Below are positions 12,874-25,738 of a stretch of DNA of 64,000 nt, piece by piece (the first letter of the stretch is position 1; every line of letters begins with the position of its first letter). A model generated the notes under the pieces. It worked only from the letters and a program-made list of their open reading frames with translations, searched no databases and was not told where the DNA came from. The stretch is from NCBI GenBank assembly GCA_020137815.1, contig CM035355.1:62001-126000 (forward strand), in the 5' to 3' direction. The DNA comes from Hormiphora californensis (taxonomy: Eukaryota > Animalia > Ctenophora). The position numbers were made by a program, and so were the translations under genes.

Positions 12874-14163
12874 GGCTATAAGCATACTGATCGTGATGAT
12901 CATATGAACTATGAACGTTTGTAGGTTGGCGCGTTATCAAGTTGGCTGTCGCCAGCGCGAGCTGGCGATAGCCAACTGGAGTTTAATCGCCCGGCAGGGC
13001 GATTAAACTGGTTTAAATCACGACCCCGAAGCCGAGGCGCAGCCGAGGGTGAGGGGAAGGCGATTTAAACCTATAACGTGACAAGCTAACAAACTTTCAT
13101 AGTTTATGAAACCCGATAGCAATTTCACACTAACAAGAGACACAACACAAGGTAAAACACACAAGGAGTACTGGAAAATAGTCAACAGACGTCCCCAAAC
13201 TGTGTGTAGACTAACTGGCACCTAGTTGCAACTGTTCCTAACATATTTGAGTAAGAGAGAGCAAGATTGGGGCTAATACACACAGTGAGAGATATTGAAC
13301 AGTAAAAGAGAGCATGAGAGAGAGAAGAGATAGGAATGCGATTCTTTTGACTTTTTATGAGAGAGATAACATTGAAAAGTGTTGCAGATGTGTTCCCCTC
13401 TCTGTTATTGACAGAACTGTGTGTTTACACACATTTCAATTACTCTGAATTTTACACGCATGTTATTCAAATGAAGAGAAATGCGTGAAAAAGGGAACTG
13501 GTCTGTTAAATCGCGGGCAGGGTGTGAAATCCTCCAGCTGGCAGATATCGTGTGCGCGTAAAATGTTCAAACGACTGATAAATCAGCTATCGGGTTTCAT
13601 AATCAATTAAAAAGATGAAGTGTGCTCATGGTTTTGATCATCATCATCTGCAAAAAACTGCAGTGTGCGGAACATTATGATCATCACGTAAGAGCTGGCC
13701 CTTGAGCCGTCTCTTAAGTTGGATGATGATCATCAACACGTTCTGCGCACGTTCTGATCCTATTCTTATGGAGGGCTGCACAGTAGTCATGTGATATGTA
13801 CCACGTGGTGCGACTTCGCGCGCTCTGAGAGGCTGTTGTACAGGTCACGTGATATGCAACAGCCTCTCAGAGCGTGCGACTAGGCAAGGGGGAGATATCA
13901 TCATCATGCTGAGCACGGTGGTCATGATGATCATGATCAAAAGGCAAGTTCCAGCAAGTTGAGCATGGTTTATGATGAGCAAGCGTGTGCACACTATGGT
14001 TTATGATGATCAAACGTGAACACACTATGGTTTGAGATCATCATGGTGCATCAAGCCTCCATCATGATGATAACCATCAGTGTGTGCGCTTCTTTGATGG
14101 CGAACATCAAAATCTCCGCACACTGACCTGATTATGATCATCACGATCAGTATACTTATAGCC
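12874..14163. mobile_element. TIR element (Kolobok-like) with nested small elements
   Basis: TIR ggctataagcatactgatcgtgatgatcata / tatgatcatcacgatcagtatacttatagcc; flanks TTTA and TTAA; inner IR atgaaacccgatagc at about 13106 and 13586. Confidence 0.65.
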
Positions 14164-14224
14164 TTAAGCTGTCGATAGTGCGTCTTGAAAGATCTTGAGC
14201 ACTTTTGAGGCTTTTGTTGAGACG

Positions 14225-14535
14225 TTAAGTCTATAAGAACGTCTATAGTACGTCTGATACGTCTTTACTACGTCTTTACTACGTCTATAGTACGTCTATA
14301 GTACGCTTTTATCGTCGTCTTTTATAAGGCGTCTTTGCTACGTCTATAAGGCGTCTATAGTACGCTTTTATCGTCGTCTTTTATAAGGCGTCTTTGCTAC
14401 GTCTATAAGGCGTCTATAGTACGTCTGATTACGTCTTTAGTACGTCTTGACTACATCTGTCGCTAATACATCTGTCGCTAATACGTCTATAATACGTCTA
14501 TAATACGTCGCTAATACGTCTATAGTACGTCTCCC
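14225..14535. repeat. Minisatellite of tacgtctatag-type 11-mers
   Basis: Degenerate tandem units resembling foldback subterminal repeats. Confidence 0.7.
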
Positions 14536-15505
14536 GCTAATTGGTATTTGCCCTGCCTATTTGGTGCGTTACTGCGCCTATTTGGTGCGTTACTTCTCTG
14601 TCCGACATGATGATACTTTGAACACTATAAAATGCAAAAGTTTATCAGAGTTCTCGACCTCGACGAGTGAGCTATCCACACAGATCCTTTTCTAGCGTGT
14701 TATTATCTTGACTACTCGCAACAAACAACCGTCATTATGAAAAATTTGATACGGGAGGCCTCCGCGATCCGGAAGTGTACCTTACTAAAATTACCGCTGC
14801 ACGGGGAAAACGCTAATAGTACTAAAACTTTGGCCGGGGCCAGACGAGTGGTAGGTAGCTACATAGTAGATATCTACCACACCTACCACTCGTCTGTTCA
14901 CATATATCTACCATAAGCTACTATGGTATGCGGAAATAGGTCGAGTTATTACCGCCTACCATTGCCGTTTTACTAGTATGGCGTTCAAAAGTCCGAGACA
15001 ATTTAATTTTAGCTGAATCTGACTAACCTGTGCTAAAATCAATTGGAAGTCTCATTCCATAATACCTATGTTGGTTGGTCAATATATTGATTCCTTGTAT
15101 TGTTATATTTAATTGTTTAAATCTGATCCTTCTAGTTTTCTCTATTTCAGTGATGAAGGACACAGCTCCATGATCATCAGTCCCAATGCTATTCATATAG
15201 TATTGGTAGGACTCGACTAGTTGTCGAAGCATTCATTAGTCTCAGTGCTATGTGGTCCTACCTACTCTCCACCTTTCTGCATGTGAAGAGAGGAGGACCG
15301 CTAGTACTGATAGGACTTGGAGGCAAGTAACAATATTTGTGATTTCAAATCTAGCTCATATGTATATACCCTATTGGGAGGAAAATATTTGAGTCTGAAA
15401 CCTAGGTTTTATGTTCAGTTTCACCCCTGAGGTTCCTAGTGGGTTGTGTAGTTTATATGTTTCACATGTGCCCCGATTTCGCAAAATTTGGATTTCAAGC
15501 GTTAA

Positions 15506-18330
15506 CCCTTTGAGGCCCATAGTGATTGGCTGAACGAAATTTTCTAATTTTTCCCAGATATACCCAGCATGATACTCCAAGATTAGGGGAAAAATAGTTT
15601 TTCAAATCGGTTCATTACTTTTTCAAATACAGCATGGGTCATATATGACCCTCTGGGTCGTTTGGGAAGTTAAGAATTTCAAGCGGCCTAGGGGTCCTCC
15701 ATATGCCTTCCAAGCCACAAAATCTGGTTAGTCAGTGCCCTAGAGATGAAACGAGTTGACAGGAACCGTTACATGATCTGAATTGACTGATTTCTCTAAT
15801 TAGGGGTAGGTTTCAGGTCATATGACACTCTGGGTTGTTCATTGCACATCACCTCACATGTGTTATTCAGGCTTTGGACGCTGTTTATGATCAAATAAGA
15901 TGCCAAACCCGCAGTAAATCATCACATTAGTGGGGGTAGAGCATTAAGTTAAGTCCCTATCTCGACCCCTTATCGAGATAATTAGGTAATTATGTCATTA
16001 TCATCATGCGCATACCTCCAGATTTGGGAAACGTTTTGGGGCAAATGAGGGCACTAAAACGTGTAGAATCATCGCATTAGTGGGGGTAGAGCACAAAATT
16101 AAGTCCCTATTCCTACTTCTAATTGATATAATTGGACAATTGGATAATTGAAGGTTGGGCAGGTGCACAGTTGCTCGACAGTCTATTTCTGGCTGCTATT
16201 TCTGGCTGCTATTTCTGGCTGCTATTTCTGGCTGCTATTTCTGGCTGCTATTTCTGGCTGCTATTTCTGGCTGCTAGACCTATTTCTGGCTGCAAGCACC
16301 CAGAAATAGGTCTAGCAGCCAGAAATAGATTTTAGCAGCCAGAAATAGGGTCTAGCAGCCAGAAATAGATTTTAGCAGCCAGAAATAGGGTTTCTCTCAC
16401 GTGATCTCTCTATCTCTGTATGGGATACGAGAGACGAATCGGTGAAGTGATTCGGTATCTGCAACTAATTGGGTATGGGATACAGCAGGAGACGAATCGG
16501 TGAAATGATTCGGTATCTGCAACTAATTTGGTATGGGTTATGGGAGACGAATCGGTGAAGTGATTCGGTATCTGCAACTAATTGGGTATGGGATACGAGA
16601 GGCACCTGTTTTGTTTTACCGGTCCCCTAGCTCCAAACTTGAAATTCAAGACATCGAAATTGTGTTATCACACCCATTGCGTCAAATCACCAATAAACTG
16701 ATTTGAACAGGCCCACATCTTCGCCGCCGGATCCTGCGGCGTTTTGACCTGTGTGCCTGCCGGGAGGTATCGAGGACCGTAAACCTGGACCCGAATACGC
16801 ACATCGAGAGGACCATAGTGGACCAGTTCCTATGCGACCACCATCTTCCTCGCCAACACGTCCAGCAGCAGCGCCCGACTGAGGACTACACCATACTCGA
16901 TCTGCAACTAATTTGGCAGGTCCCGTATCCCATACCCAATTAGTTGCAGATACCGAATCACTTCACCGATTCGTCTCTTGTATCCCATACAGAGATAGAG
17001 AGATCACGTGAGAGAAACCCTATTTCTGGCTGCTAAAATCTATTTCTGGCTGCTAGACCCTATTTCTGGCTGCTAAAATCTATTTCTGGCTGCTAAAATC
17101 TATTTCTGGGTGCTTGCAGCCAGAAATAGGTCTAGCAGCCAGAAATAGGTCAAGCAGCCAGAAATAGCAGCCAGAAATAGCAGCCAGAAATAGCAGCCAG
17201 AAATAGACTGTCGAGCAACTGTGCACCTGCCGAAGGTTGTGCAACTACCATGCTTCACCGAAGCACAAGGTAGGATCATCCCTACAGCCTAATAACCCTC
17301 ATACTTGACCCAAACCTATTTTTAGCAACCTTTGACCTGTTTTATTTCACCTCTTTTCACTTTAAAGTAATCTGAACTTCACCGTTAGGATACAACCTGA
17401 TGCAGAAGTGATGTATGATCAGGACCAGCCTGAACCGTGCGCTTTGGTGAAGCATGGTAGTTGCACAACCTTTAATTACCTAATTATCCAATTATATCAG
17501 TTAGAAGTAGGAATAGGGACTTTATTTTGTGCTCTACCCCCACTAATGCGATGATTCTACACGTTTTAGTGCCCTCATTTGCCCCAAAAATTCTCCCAAA
17601 ACTGGAGGTATGCGCATGAAGATAATGACATAATTACCTAATTATCTCGATAAGTGGTCGAGATAGGGACTTAATTTGATGCTCTACCCCCACTAATGTG
17701 ATGAATTACTGCGGTTTTAGCATCTTGTTTGATCATAAACGGCGTTTAAAGACTGAATTTAACATGATAGGTAGTTTTCCGTGAACGACCCAGAGGGTCA
17801 TATATGACCCTAAACCTAGACTAAATCGTAGAAATCGGTCAATACGGTTCATGAAACGGTTCCTGTGGACTTGTATAATCATTAGGGCACTGACTAACCA
17901 GTTTTTGAGACTCTGAAAGCATACGGAGAACTCCCAGGCCGTTTGAAATTCTTAACTTCCCAAACGACCCAGAGGGTCATATATGACCCGAAACCAAAAA
18001 TTGAGTTTTCTCAGTCAAAAATGAATATTTTTTGATGCCGTTTGTTCTAGCAGCTCCATTTAATCTACTAGCATATTATTCTAGAAGGAAATTAGTTTAG
18101 GACAATTCATCAGGAAATGAGACCTAATTAGAAAAAATGACCGAAGTGGGGTTCATTTAGTCCTAATTAGGAACTTCCTCATATAACTTGGCATGAAAAT
18201 GTCCCGATTTATAGATAGAGAATCGTTCAAGCTACCACCTGGCATTTTATTTTAGGCCAAAACTTTATCAGGCTTGTCGCTAGGAAGCCTCAAACTTTTG
18301 GACATATATGACCCTCTGGGCCTCAAAGGG
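15506..18330. mobile_element. Non-autonomous piggyBac-like element
   Basis: TTAA-ccctttgaggccc ... gggcctcaaaggg-TTAA; internal long inverted arms at about 15635-16150 and 17470-17990. Confidence 0.82.
16158..17231. mobile_element. Merlin/MuDR-like foldback MITE
   Basis: TIR ggcaggtgcacagttgctcgacagtc, (ctatttctggctg)n subrepeats, 8-bp TSD gaaggttg; second copy at 44313-45856. Confidence 0.85.
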
Positions 18331-19072
18331 TTAAAAAACCGGGTTTCAGACTCAAATAATTCCCCCAAAAGGTCTTGTTTCTTATTTATAAGGTCTTGTT
18401 TCTTGTTTATAATGATACAAGGTAAACTGCACTGGGGCAATATGGCCACTTTTTTACATGGTTTGGGTTTGAGAAGGAGCATGCTTACATAATATTAAGG
18501 GTAAACCACACGAAACATTTTTTCGGGTGAAGAGCAATATTTCCATACGGGGTTTTAGGTCCATTGTACGCCATGCCAAGGGGACCTCAAATATGCTAGA
18601 ATATAAGCCCTATATTAACTTCAAATTTCTTTTTTGCTACAGCTGTTTTATTAACAGCTAAAAAACTTCGGGGATTTGTAGAGGACATGAATAAATGGTC
18701 TGTTACCACAATAAAAGAAAAAAAACAAGAATGTTAATTGCACTATGTGTCCATAGTGCCGTGTTTCCCTGCCTCCAACTTCTGAGGTTCTGGTGATCTG
18801 ATCACTTGTAATTAGATAATGAGATTAACAATACTAACACCTGAGACAGCTTTACATGAGCAGATGGGCTGTAATAAGCCTCATTATGTGATCTCACAAC
18901 CACCTTCCATAATGTTCTTGAAAATTGGGTAGTGAAGGACGGCGCCATGACGTTTTAGTTGATCAAGTTCATGGAGGAAGCACCCGAAAAGCCGTGCATG
19001 GTGGCGCACAATTTCCGTTATACACCCTGTAAATGGCTACATCATATTTAATGAAACCAGTTAATTGGTTTG

Positions 19073-19544
19073 ACTAGACCAAAAAATAAAAGAAATTTGT
19101 TTGGAACACCTGTGGCCCCTTTATCGATACTTGACGCTGCGGGAAATGCACCCAATACCCATAATCTGAGCTGGGTCTAAAGGACTCTAAGTCTAACAGA
19201 CTCCAGAATCTAGATCTAAACCCTAAGCCCTATCACCTAACCTCGAATCCCAATAACAGCCCTAACACTTCTAAATGAGTATAGAGGAACAGCAAACTCT
19301 CGTTTCCGGCCTAACTGCCGAAATCGCGAGTTCGCAGCGAATGATCTTAGACTTAGCGTCCGGCTCCCAATCTGAGCTAATAGGTATCGTTGTGCCATCT
19401 CTCTCCAAGTTCTAGTATAATACGAACACTTCCTCTCTCTCACTCTTCCTCGCGTCTCTGACGAAGGGTGCATTTCCCGCAGCGTCAAGTATCGACAAAA
19501 GGCCACGGGTGGTCCAAACAAATTTCCTTTCTTTTTGGTCTAGT
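19073..19544. mobile_element. MITE-like inverted repeat element
   Basis: About 80-bp inverted arms (ctagaccaaaaa...gggaaatgcaccc). Confidence 0.6.
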
Positions 19545-19949
19545 TTCTCAGGATTTTTGTAAACATGTATCATAAATATGGAAATAACGGGAGAATTTTT
19601 GTTCGGGGGGCGACCCCCCCCCCCCCCCCCCATGAATCGACTCTTCTACGTCGAAATATGTCTACAAAAACGTTCTAGGACTAGCTGAAGTGGAAATATT
19701 CAGAATATTCATTAAGTCATGAATCGGTGCATAAATATACAAATAACGGCTAAACGACCCCCCATAAATTGCCTATTCTGCGTTTAAATATTCTAGGACC
19801 AGCTGAAGTGGACATATTCAGAATATGCAGTAAATCATGAATCGGTGCATAGATATGCAAATAATGGCTAAACGGTTGGAGATACGACTTTTTGTCCTGG
19901 GGACGACCCCCAAAAATCGACTATTCTGCGTCGAAATATGTCCTTTTAA

Positions 19950-20419
19950 AGTGAGAGTGGACAAAATCAGAATTGGACAAGTTTGTTGGAGGTAGTAGGG
20001 ATTAGTTCTATGAGCATTTTACCTTTTTACCGCTCAAAATCGATCCATCCATCACTGTGATATTTTTGTTACTCTCGGGGAATTCCTGCTGGATCAATAT
20101 TTATCAAACAGGGTAGAAATAATCCCTGCGTTTTACTAACACTTTCTTTAAATGTTTAATATGCTGACTTGCATTGCTCTGCTGCTGTACATGGACATGT
20201 CAACCACACTGCTTATATTCAGAATGTGTTAGTAAAACACGACGATTGTTTCTATTTTATTGTATACATACTGATTAAACAGGAATTCCCCGAGAGTAAC
20301 AAAAATATCTCAGTGATGGATGGGTCGATTTTGAGCGGCAAAAAGGCAAAATGCTCATATAAAGAATCTCTACAACCTCCAACAAACTTGTCCAATTCTG
20401 ATTCTGTCCGCTCTCTCTC
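19950..20419. mobile_element. Kolobok-like palindromic MITE
   Basis: TTAA-agtgagagtggac terminus; related copy at 53398-53864. Confidence 0.7.
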
Positions 20420-20789
20420 CCTTATAACAGCTAATACCGAGATATCATAAAATTATACATAGATTATACATAGATTATGCATAATCAATGACTTCCCATG
20501 CTCAAATCAAAATTAGCCTACTACATGTAGATTTCTGGTCTAGCATGGATTTCTGGTCTAGCATGGATAACACCTATTTTGATGTGAGGGTATTTAATCC
20601 TAGGGTGGCATCTAACTCTAACCAGGCAATCTGTAAAGTGTATGAAAAACATGAGAGGGAGAAAAAGACTGGCTACCTTCATCGGGTCATTGAAGTAGAA
20701 AAATCGTCATTTACACCTCTGGTAATGTCCACGACGGGGGGTCTTGGTCGAGAATTCAAAAAGACACTGAAACAGCTAGCCGATAAGAA

Positions 20790-21134
20790 TGTTTCGGGGT
20801 GCTCTGGGGGTTTACAGGGGCCAGGGGCGTTGGGTGACCGTACCGATGTATTTCCGTAGACAAAGATAAACACAGGATCTTACAAAGGTGAGAAGAAGGT
20901 TTCAAGGTAAACGAAGGTATAGATTGATAGGAAGAATCTGACAAACTTTCTTGCATTCTCACAAAACATCTGAGGTAAAACATCTCTCGCGCGGCGGAAT
21001 ATGGCGTGATTCCGCGCTCGCGATATCTCACAACATTTCCATACAAACACTCAAGAAAACTGTGCCACACTCATGGCACACATCGCACACACACGTTACA
21101 CACACAAACAAACTATCAGTTCACACCTATCACA
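20790..21134 (-). repeat. 3' LTR (345 bp)
   Basis: Direct repeat of 25739-26101, 18 bp shorter; preceded on the minus strand by PPT ggaaagagaggggag (21135-21149). Confidence 0.93.
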
Positions 21135-21479
21135 CTCCCCTCTCTTTCCTTTTCCGAATCGAGAGATGAGCAAGCAGGAGATTCAGGTCCGGCAAACTAC
21201 AGGTCAGGGCTAAAAATGAACACTGTCATGAGTGGCTGGATGTGAAAAAATAAAATGGCAGGGAAAAGAAAAATGCCAGTCGGCTAATAAACTCGTGACA
21301 AAGCATCAGGTGAGTTGAAATAAGTGAAGAACAAAAATCTATCACTGGGTAAAATAAGTAGTGAAAGTCAGGTGAGTTAAATATACACACTGGGTGAGTA
21401 GTAAGAAAACGGGTTAAGAAGTAAAAACTGGGTTAAAATAAGGTGAGATAAAATACAAAAGTAGGGATAAAGTAAACGG

Positions 21480-24400
21480 TTACAGCATTCCGTTGATAAC
21501 GTCCGGGTTCACTCCTCTCTTTGTCAGGATGTCAGCGGGGTTCAACTTTGATTGAATCCAAGAGACTGTGACTTCCCCTCTCTCGATTCTCTCTTGAACT
21601 TCTCGTAACGTGAGAATTGTTGACTTATCTTCAGGGGTTGAAGACACCTTGTTTGCAGAGTCAACAACTTGTTTGGAGTCAGTGAAAATCTTGATTCCCG
21701 GGTCAAAAGTGAGTTCTCTCAAGAAGGATTGGATCAGGATTGCATATCCCAAACCATCACTCACTGCATAGAGTTCTGCTGCGTAGACACTTTTCACAAC
21801 ACGTTTAACCTTGTTGGAACTGTAGGCTATCAGGTTAGCGTGAGAGTTGTCTCCTGTTTCAGTTTGAGGGTCTCCCCAGAAAAGAATGACACCTTCCCCG
21901 GTTTTCTTGTCATGGAGATTTCCAAGACTAGCGTCTGTAAAAACTGAAATATTAGCGTTAGTGTGAAAAATAGGGGAAAAAGTAATCTTTGTTGGGGATA
22001 AATTCTTGACAATCTTCTTCAGCTCTTTGAATTGTTTCCCAGTCCACGGTGATGTCGTAGTAATGTCAAGAAGGCTAAAACAGATCTGTGGCATGGTCTG
22101 TGTTGCCAGCCAATTCAACTTTCCAATCACAGTCCTCATGAGAGATTGGAGGTTATCGTCAACTTCTTCACTATTCTGGGGCACAGGTTTGACAGAATTC
22201 AACTTTTCCATCATACTGTCTCTGACATAGTTACAGTACTGCTCCTGTGTGACGAATATGTTGTTTCCTTGCTGTTTGACTTGCCAGCCAAGGTAGTTGA
22301 AATCGGTTATCTCCACTCGTCCTATCTTGTATCTGTTCAGGGCGGGTTCCACTTTAGCGAAGAAATTGTGGTCACCTGTCATCAGAATGTCATCAACATG
22401 GACAACTAGTAATCCTTCTAGCTTTCCATCATCTCCGATGGTGAAGAATACGTTTTTGTCAATTTTAGATTGACGGAGAGTCTTCTTCAGAGTTGCAGAG
22501 AGAGAAAAATACCATTTTCTACCAGCGTCTCCTAGTCCATACAGGGGTTTCAGAAGTTTCCACAACACTCCTTGTTTCCTCATGGAATTAGGTGGTTTAA
22601 CATACACCTCTCTTGACATAGTGTCTGATTGCAAATAAGCGCTTGCTACATCAACACTCTTCAGGTTCCAGTTGGTTGTAGTAGACAGACTGAGTAGAGT
22701 TCTCACTGCATACTTTGTTACAGTTGGGGATTGGGTTTGGTCCTCTAACTTTTCCTCGAATCCACGGGCAACTAGACGGGCCTTGACTGTCCCATCATCC
22801 TTTCGGGTTATAACCCATCGGGTGCTTACCCGGTCCTGTCCTGTGTCAGGCACTTCTTCAAATGCTTTAAACTCCTCCAGTTTATCGATCTCTTTCCTTC
22901 GTGCTAATTGCACTTCCTCTTTACCCATCTTTGATGCTGCTAGGAGAATTTCATCATGTTCGGGACTGAAGGGTTCTTGATCATCTGGGGGTTTTCTGGG
23001 ACTGTCCTCTCTGGGATCTGTAGTCTCAGGTAAAAGTACCTGCTTCTGCTCAACATGATCATCAAGATTCTGGAGCTGTTCACTTTCTGGAACATTTATC
23101 TCAGGGGCAGATCCACTTTCTTGGGATCCTTCCTCAACCGGATTATCAGGATTCGGAGGCTGTTCACTTTCTGGAACATTGTTCTCTTGGACAGATCCAC
23201 TTTGGGATTCTTCCTCTACCGCGTTACCATTTTTAGTAACTTCAATCACTGTGTGTTCACTTTCGGAATCTGATACAGGATGTGTTGCTGCGGGGGTGTC
23301 TCTATGAGTTTTACTCCTCAATCCGAAATCTCTTGCTGGGGGTGTCACTTTGGGTTTCTTCTTCTTGGGCTTCTTCTTCTGTACTACCTTGGGCTCGGTT
23401 GGCCTATCCTCGGGTTCATCTTCCTCACTTGAGTCTCCCAGTGCTAATCGCGAATTGGGGACTGTCCTCTGGTTCTGGTCTTTTCGCTCATGGACTAGCC
23501 TCACTTTACAAGGATGTGCACGTAGTAGTGCTCCACCGTGCTTGATTAAAACATTGTTATCGATCATTCCAACAACTGTAGCGGGTCCCAACCAGGTTTT
23601 GTGAGCTTCACGCTTGTAGAATACCTTATCTCCCTGGACATAGGTATGTTGATCCTGTGTTGGTCCGGCACTATTTAGTGCTCGTTTCAGTCTGGAAGAA
23701 TTTTCCAATTCGATAAACTTTAATCGGGCTGTCTTCATGGCTTGTAGATTCTTCACTACTAATTCATCTCCGTGAGCATTTCCTCCGTGAGCAGGTAGGC
23801 ATTCTTCTGAGTCCAATACGTGTGGAAAGGTAGGAGCTGTGCCAAAAACTAGTTGATGTGGTGAAAATCCCATCTGATTGCTTAGCTGGTTCTTAGCATT
23901 GCTAGACCAAGCACAAGCTACTGGTATAGTGCATCCAGTGTCATCACGAGTTTTGACAACCATGTCTCCAAGAATTCCGTTGTGTCTCTCAGTGAGACCA
24001 TTGCACCATGGGCTCTCAGCTGGGGTAGCTTTCAAGTCAATATCTAGGCGGCTTGCCATCTCTAGGATAACTTCGTTGGTGAATTCTCCTCCGTTGTCCG
24101 ATAGGATCCTCTTGGGGCGACCAAAGATAGAAATCCAACATGTGAAGAATTTCTGAACACATTCTTCTGCTGATTTGTTCTCAATTGGGACCATAACACT
24201 GTACCTGGTTAGTGTATCAATGATATGAATAGTCCACTTTGATTCACCCGAGCTGAATTTCAACATCTTTAAATCCATTGCAACACACTCATTGAAAGTG
24301 TTCCCGAGAGGTAATGCAACTTTCCTCCTAGGTTTGGATCGTTGATGCTCCATGCATTGTTGGCATTCAAGTGCAACTTGGTGAAGTTCTCGACAAATCT

Positions 24401-25715
24401 CTTCCTTGTTGGGGTGATTGGAAGATTTAGCTACCTCCTGGATTTTCGCAGTCGAGCCATGGGCAAAGTAACGATGGAGTTTCTGGGCAATCTTTCTGGG
24501 TGATGTGGTACCTGAATCCGAAGATGTTAAAAGAGTAGTTGGAGAAAGTTTGGAGTTTAAATCAATTGTGACGTGACCACTATCAGTGAGATGTAACTGT
24601 GTTTGTTTACCCGAGACCTGTAGCACGTCGTTCCCAAAATCAATCACCGCTCCTCTCTCGCTAAGTAAAGCTCTGGATAAAAGAGGTGGGATGTTAAGGT
24701 CTAGGACAAACACGGGTACTTCATCACATGACAAACCAAATATATCTGTGGGGATATACGCAATCGATTTAGACGTTACAGATTTGGAATCACCAAAAGT
24801 AAAATGTCTCTCACTGACAGTCTCTCTCTTACAACGTATACAAGATTCACTCTCAAATTTACGTAACCAATTTGCACCACACACTGAGATAGCTGCACCA
24901 GTGTCCAAAATCGCTCTCAGGCCACATTGTTCAGTTAGTGAAAGAATATACTCTGTACCGACAACCATCTTGAAAACTCCGTGCTGCCTGCCGCCACCAC
25001 GGCCACCACGATTACCACGACTACCACCACTGCCACCATATTTCGACTCCTTCCTGGTGCTATTCTTCTTTAGACAGTTGGAGGCCACATGGCCGGGTTT
25101 TCTACAGTTAAAACATACAATCAGAGTTAATGATTCTGTTTCAGTTTTCTCAGAGTTAGAAACTGCACCGTTTGACTCGGGAAGGTTGGCACCAAAAGTC
25201 CTTTTCATCGATTGAATCATGTCCTCTAAACGAATATTAGGACAAGTTGCTCGTAGAAGGCGTTTTTGCTCCGGGGTTAAATTTGCTTGTTCAAGGAGTC
25301 TATAGGCAAGGATCTGAGATCCGTAGATAGCATCTTGAGTCTCCACTTCACACCTCTGCTTCAACTCATTGAGCCGTGTTGAGAACTCCGAAATGAATTC
25401 AGGAATGGGCTGATCGGCTGGTCGTACAAATTGTTCAAAACGTTCAATGGCAGTAAACAAGCTTGCGGTTTTGTCTCTACCAAAGACTTTTTCCAATGAC
25501 CCGAGTAGATATGATACACCATCCTCAGTCTGAAGTTTCGCAATTTCGAGTCCCAATGCGTGTTCCTTCGCAGATCCCGTGAGGACGTATGCGAGGCGAG
25601 CAGCTTGGCTCTTTACCGGACAAGTTGTACCAGCAATCCATAGAAGAACATCCCTTCTGTAGGCATCGAATGGCAACTCGGCGTTGAAACTGGGAGGATG
25701 GATGTCTGACGGCAT
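21480..25715 (-). CDS. Gag-Pol polyprotein (Copia order), 1411 aa, intact
   Basis: CCHC knuckle CFNCRKPGHVASNC; protease ILDTGA; integrase H..H..CQQC, MDLK, SDNGGEF, ERHN; RT KARLVARGF, VHVDD; RNase H FTDAS, TDS, NPADILTK. Confidence 0.96.
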   Translation of the reverse strand: MPSDIHPPSFNAELPFDAYRRDVLLWIAGTTCPVKSQAARLAYVLTGSAKEHALGLEIAKLQTEDGVSYLLGSLEKVFGRDKTASLFTAIERFEQFVRPADQPIPEFISEFSTRLNELKQRCEVETQDAIYGSQILAYRLLEQANLTPEQKRLLRATCPNIRLEDMIQSMKRTFGANLPESNGAVSNSEKTETESLTLIVCFNCRKPGHVASNCLKKNSTRKESKYGGSGGSRGNRGGRGGGRQHGVFKMVVGTEYILSLTEQCGLRAILDTGAAISVCGANWLRKFESESCIRCKRETVSERHFTFGDSKSVTSKSIAYIPTDIFGLSCDEVPVFVLDLNIPPLLSRALLSERGAVIDFGNDVLQVSGKQTQLHLTDSGHVTIDLNSKLSPTTLLTSSDSGTTSPRKIAQKLHRYFAHGSTAKIQEVAKSSNHPNKEEICRELHQVALECQQCMEHQRSKPRRKVALPLGNTFNECVAMDLKMLKFSSGESKWTIHIIDTLTRYSVMVPIENKSAEECVQKFFTCWISIFGRPKRILSDNGGEFTNEVILEMASRLDIDLKATPAESPWCNGLTERHNGILGDMVVKTRDDTGCTIPVACAWSSNAKNQLSNQMGFSPHQLVFGTAPTFPHVLDSEECLPAHGGNAHGDELVVKNLQAMKTARLKFIELENSSRLKRALNSAGPTQDQHTYVQGDKVFYKREAHKTWLGPATVVGMIDNNVLIKHGGALLRAHPCKVRLVHERKDQNQRTVPNSRLALGDSSEEDEPEDRPTEPKVVQKKKPKKKKPKVTPPARDFGLRSKTHRDTPAATHPVSDSESEHTVIEVTKNGNAVEEESQSGSVQENNVPESEQPPNPDNPVEEGSQESGSAPEINVPESEQLQNLDDHVEQKQVLLPETTDPREDSPRKPPDDQEPFSPEHDEILLAASKMGKEEVQLARRKEIDKLEEFKAFEEVPDTGQDRVSTRWVITRKDDGTVKARLVARGFEEKLEDQTQSPTVTKYAVRTLLSLSTTTNWNLKSVDVASAYLQSDTMSREVYVKPPNSMRKQGVLWKLLKPLYGLGDAGRKWYFSLSATLKKTLRQSKIDKNVFFTIGDDGKLEGLLVVHVDDILMTGDHNFFAKVEPALNRYKIGRVEITDFNYLGWQVKQQGNNIFVTQEQYCNYVRDSMMEKLNSVKPVPQNSEEVDDNLQSLMRTVIGKLNWLATQTMPQICFSLLDITTTSPWTGKQFKELKKIVKNLSPTKITFSPIFHTNANISVFTDASLGNLHDKKTGEGVILFWGDPQTETGDNSHANLIAYSSNKVKRVVKSVYAAELYAVSDGLGYAILIQSFLRELTFDPGIKIFTDSKQVVDSANKVSSTPEDKSTILTLREVQERIERGEVTVSWIQSKLNPADILTKRGVNPDVINGML

Positions 25716-25728
25716 CGAATTGCACTTG

Positions 25729-25737
25729 CTGCTACCA
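25729..25737 (-). promoter_or_regulatory. Primer binding site (initiator tRNA-Met)
   Basis: TGGTAGCAG one base inside the 5' LTR. Confidence 0.85.
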
Positions 25738-25738
25738 C

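Noticed and set aside
24586-25215. 209-aa plus-strand ORF and other antisense ORFs over gag-pol, LINE and ORF1 genes
   Set aside because: Shadow frames of real coding sequence with no motifs
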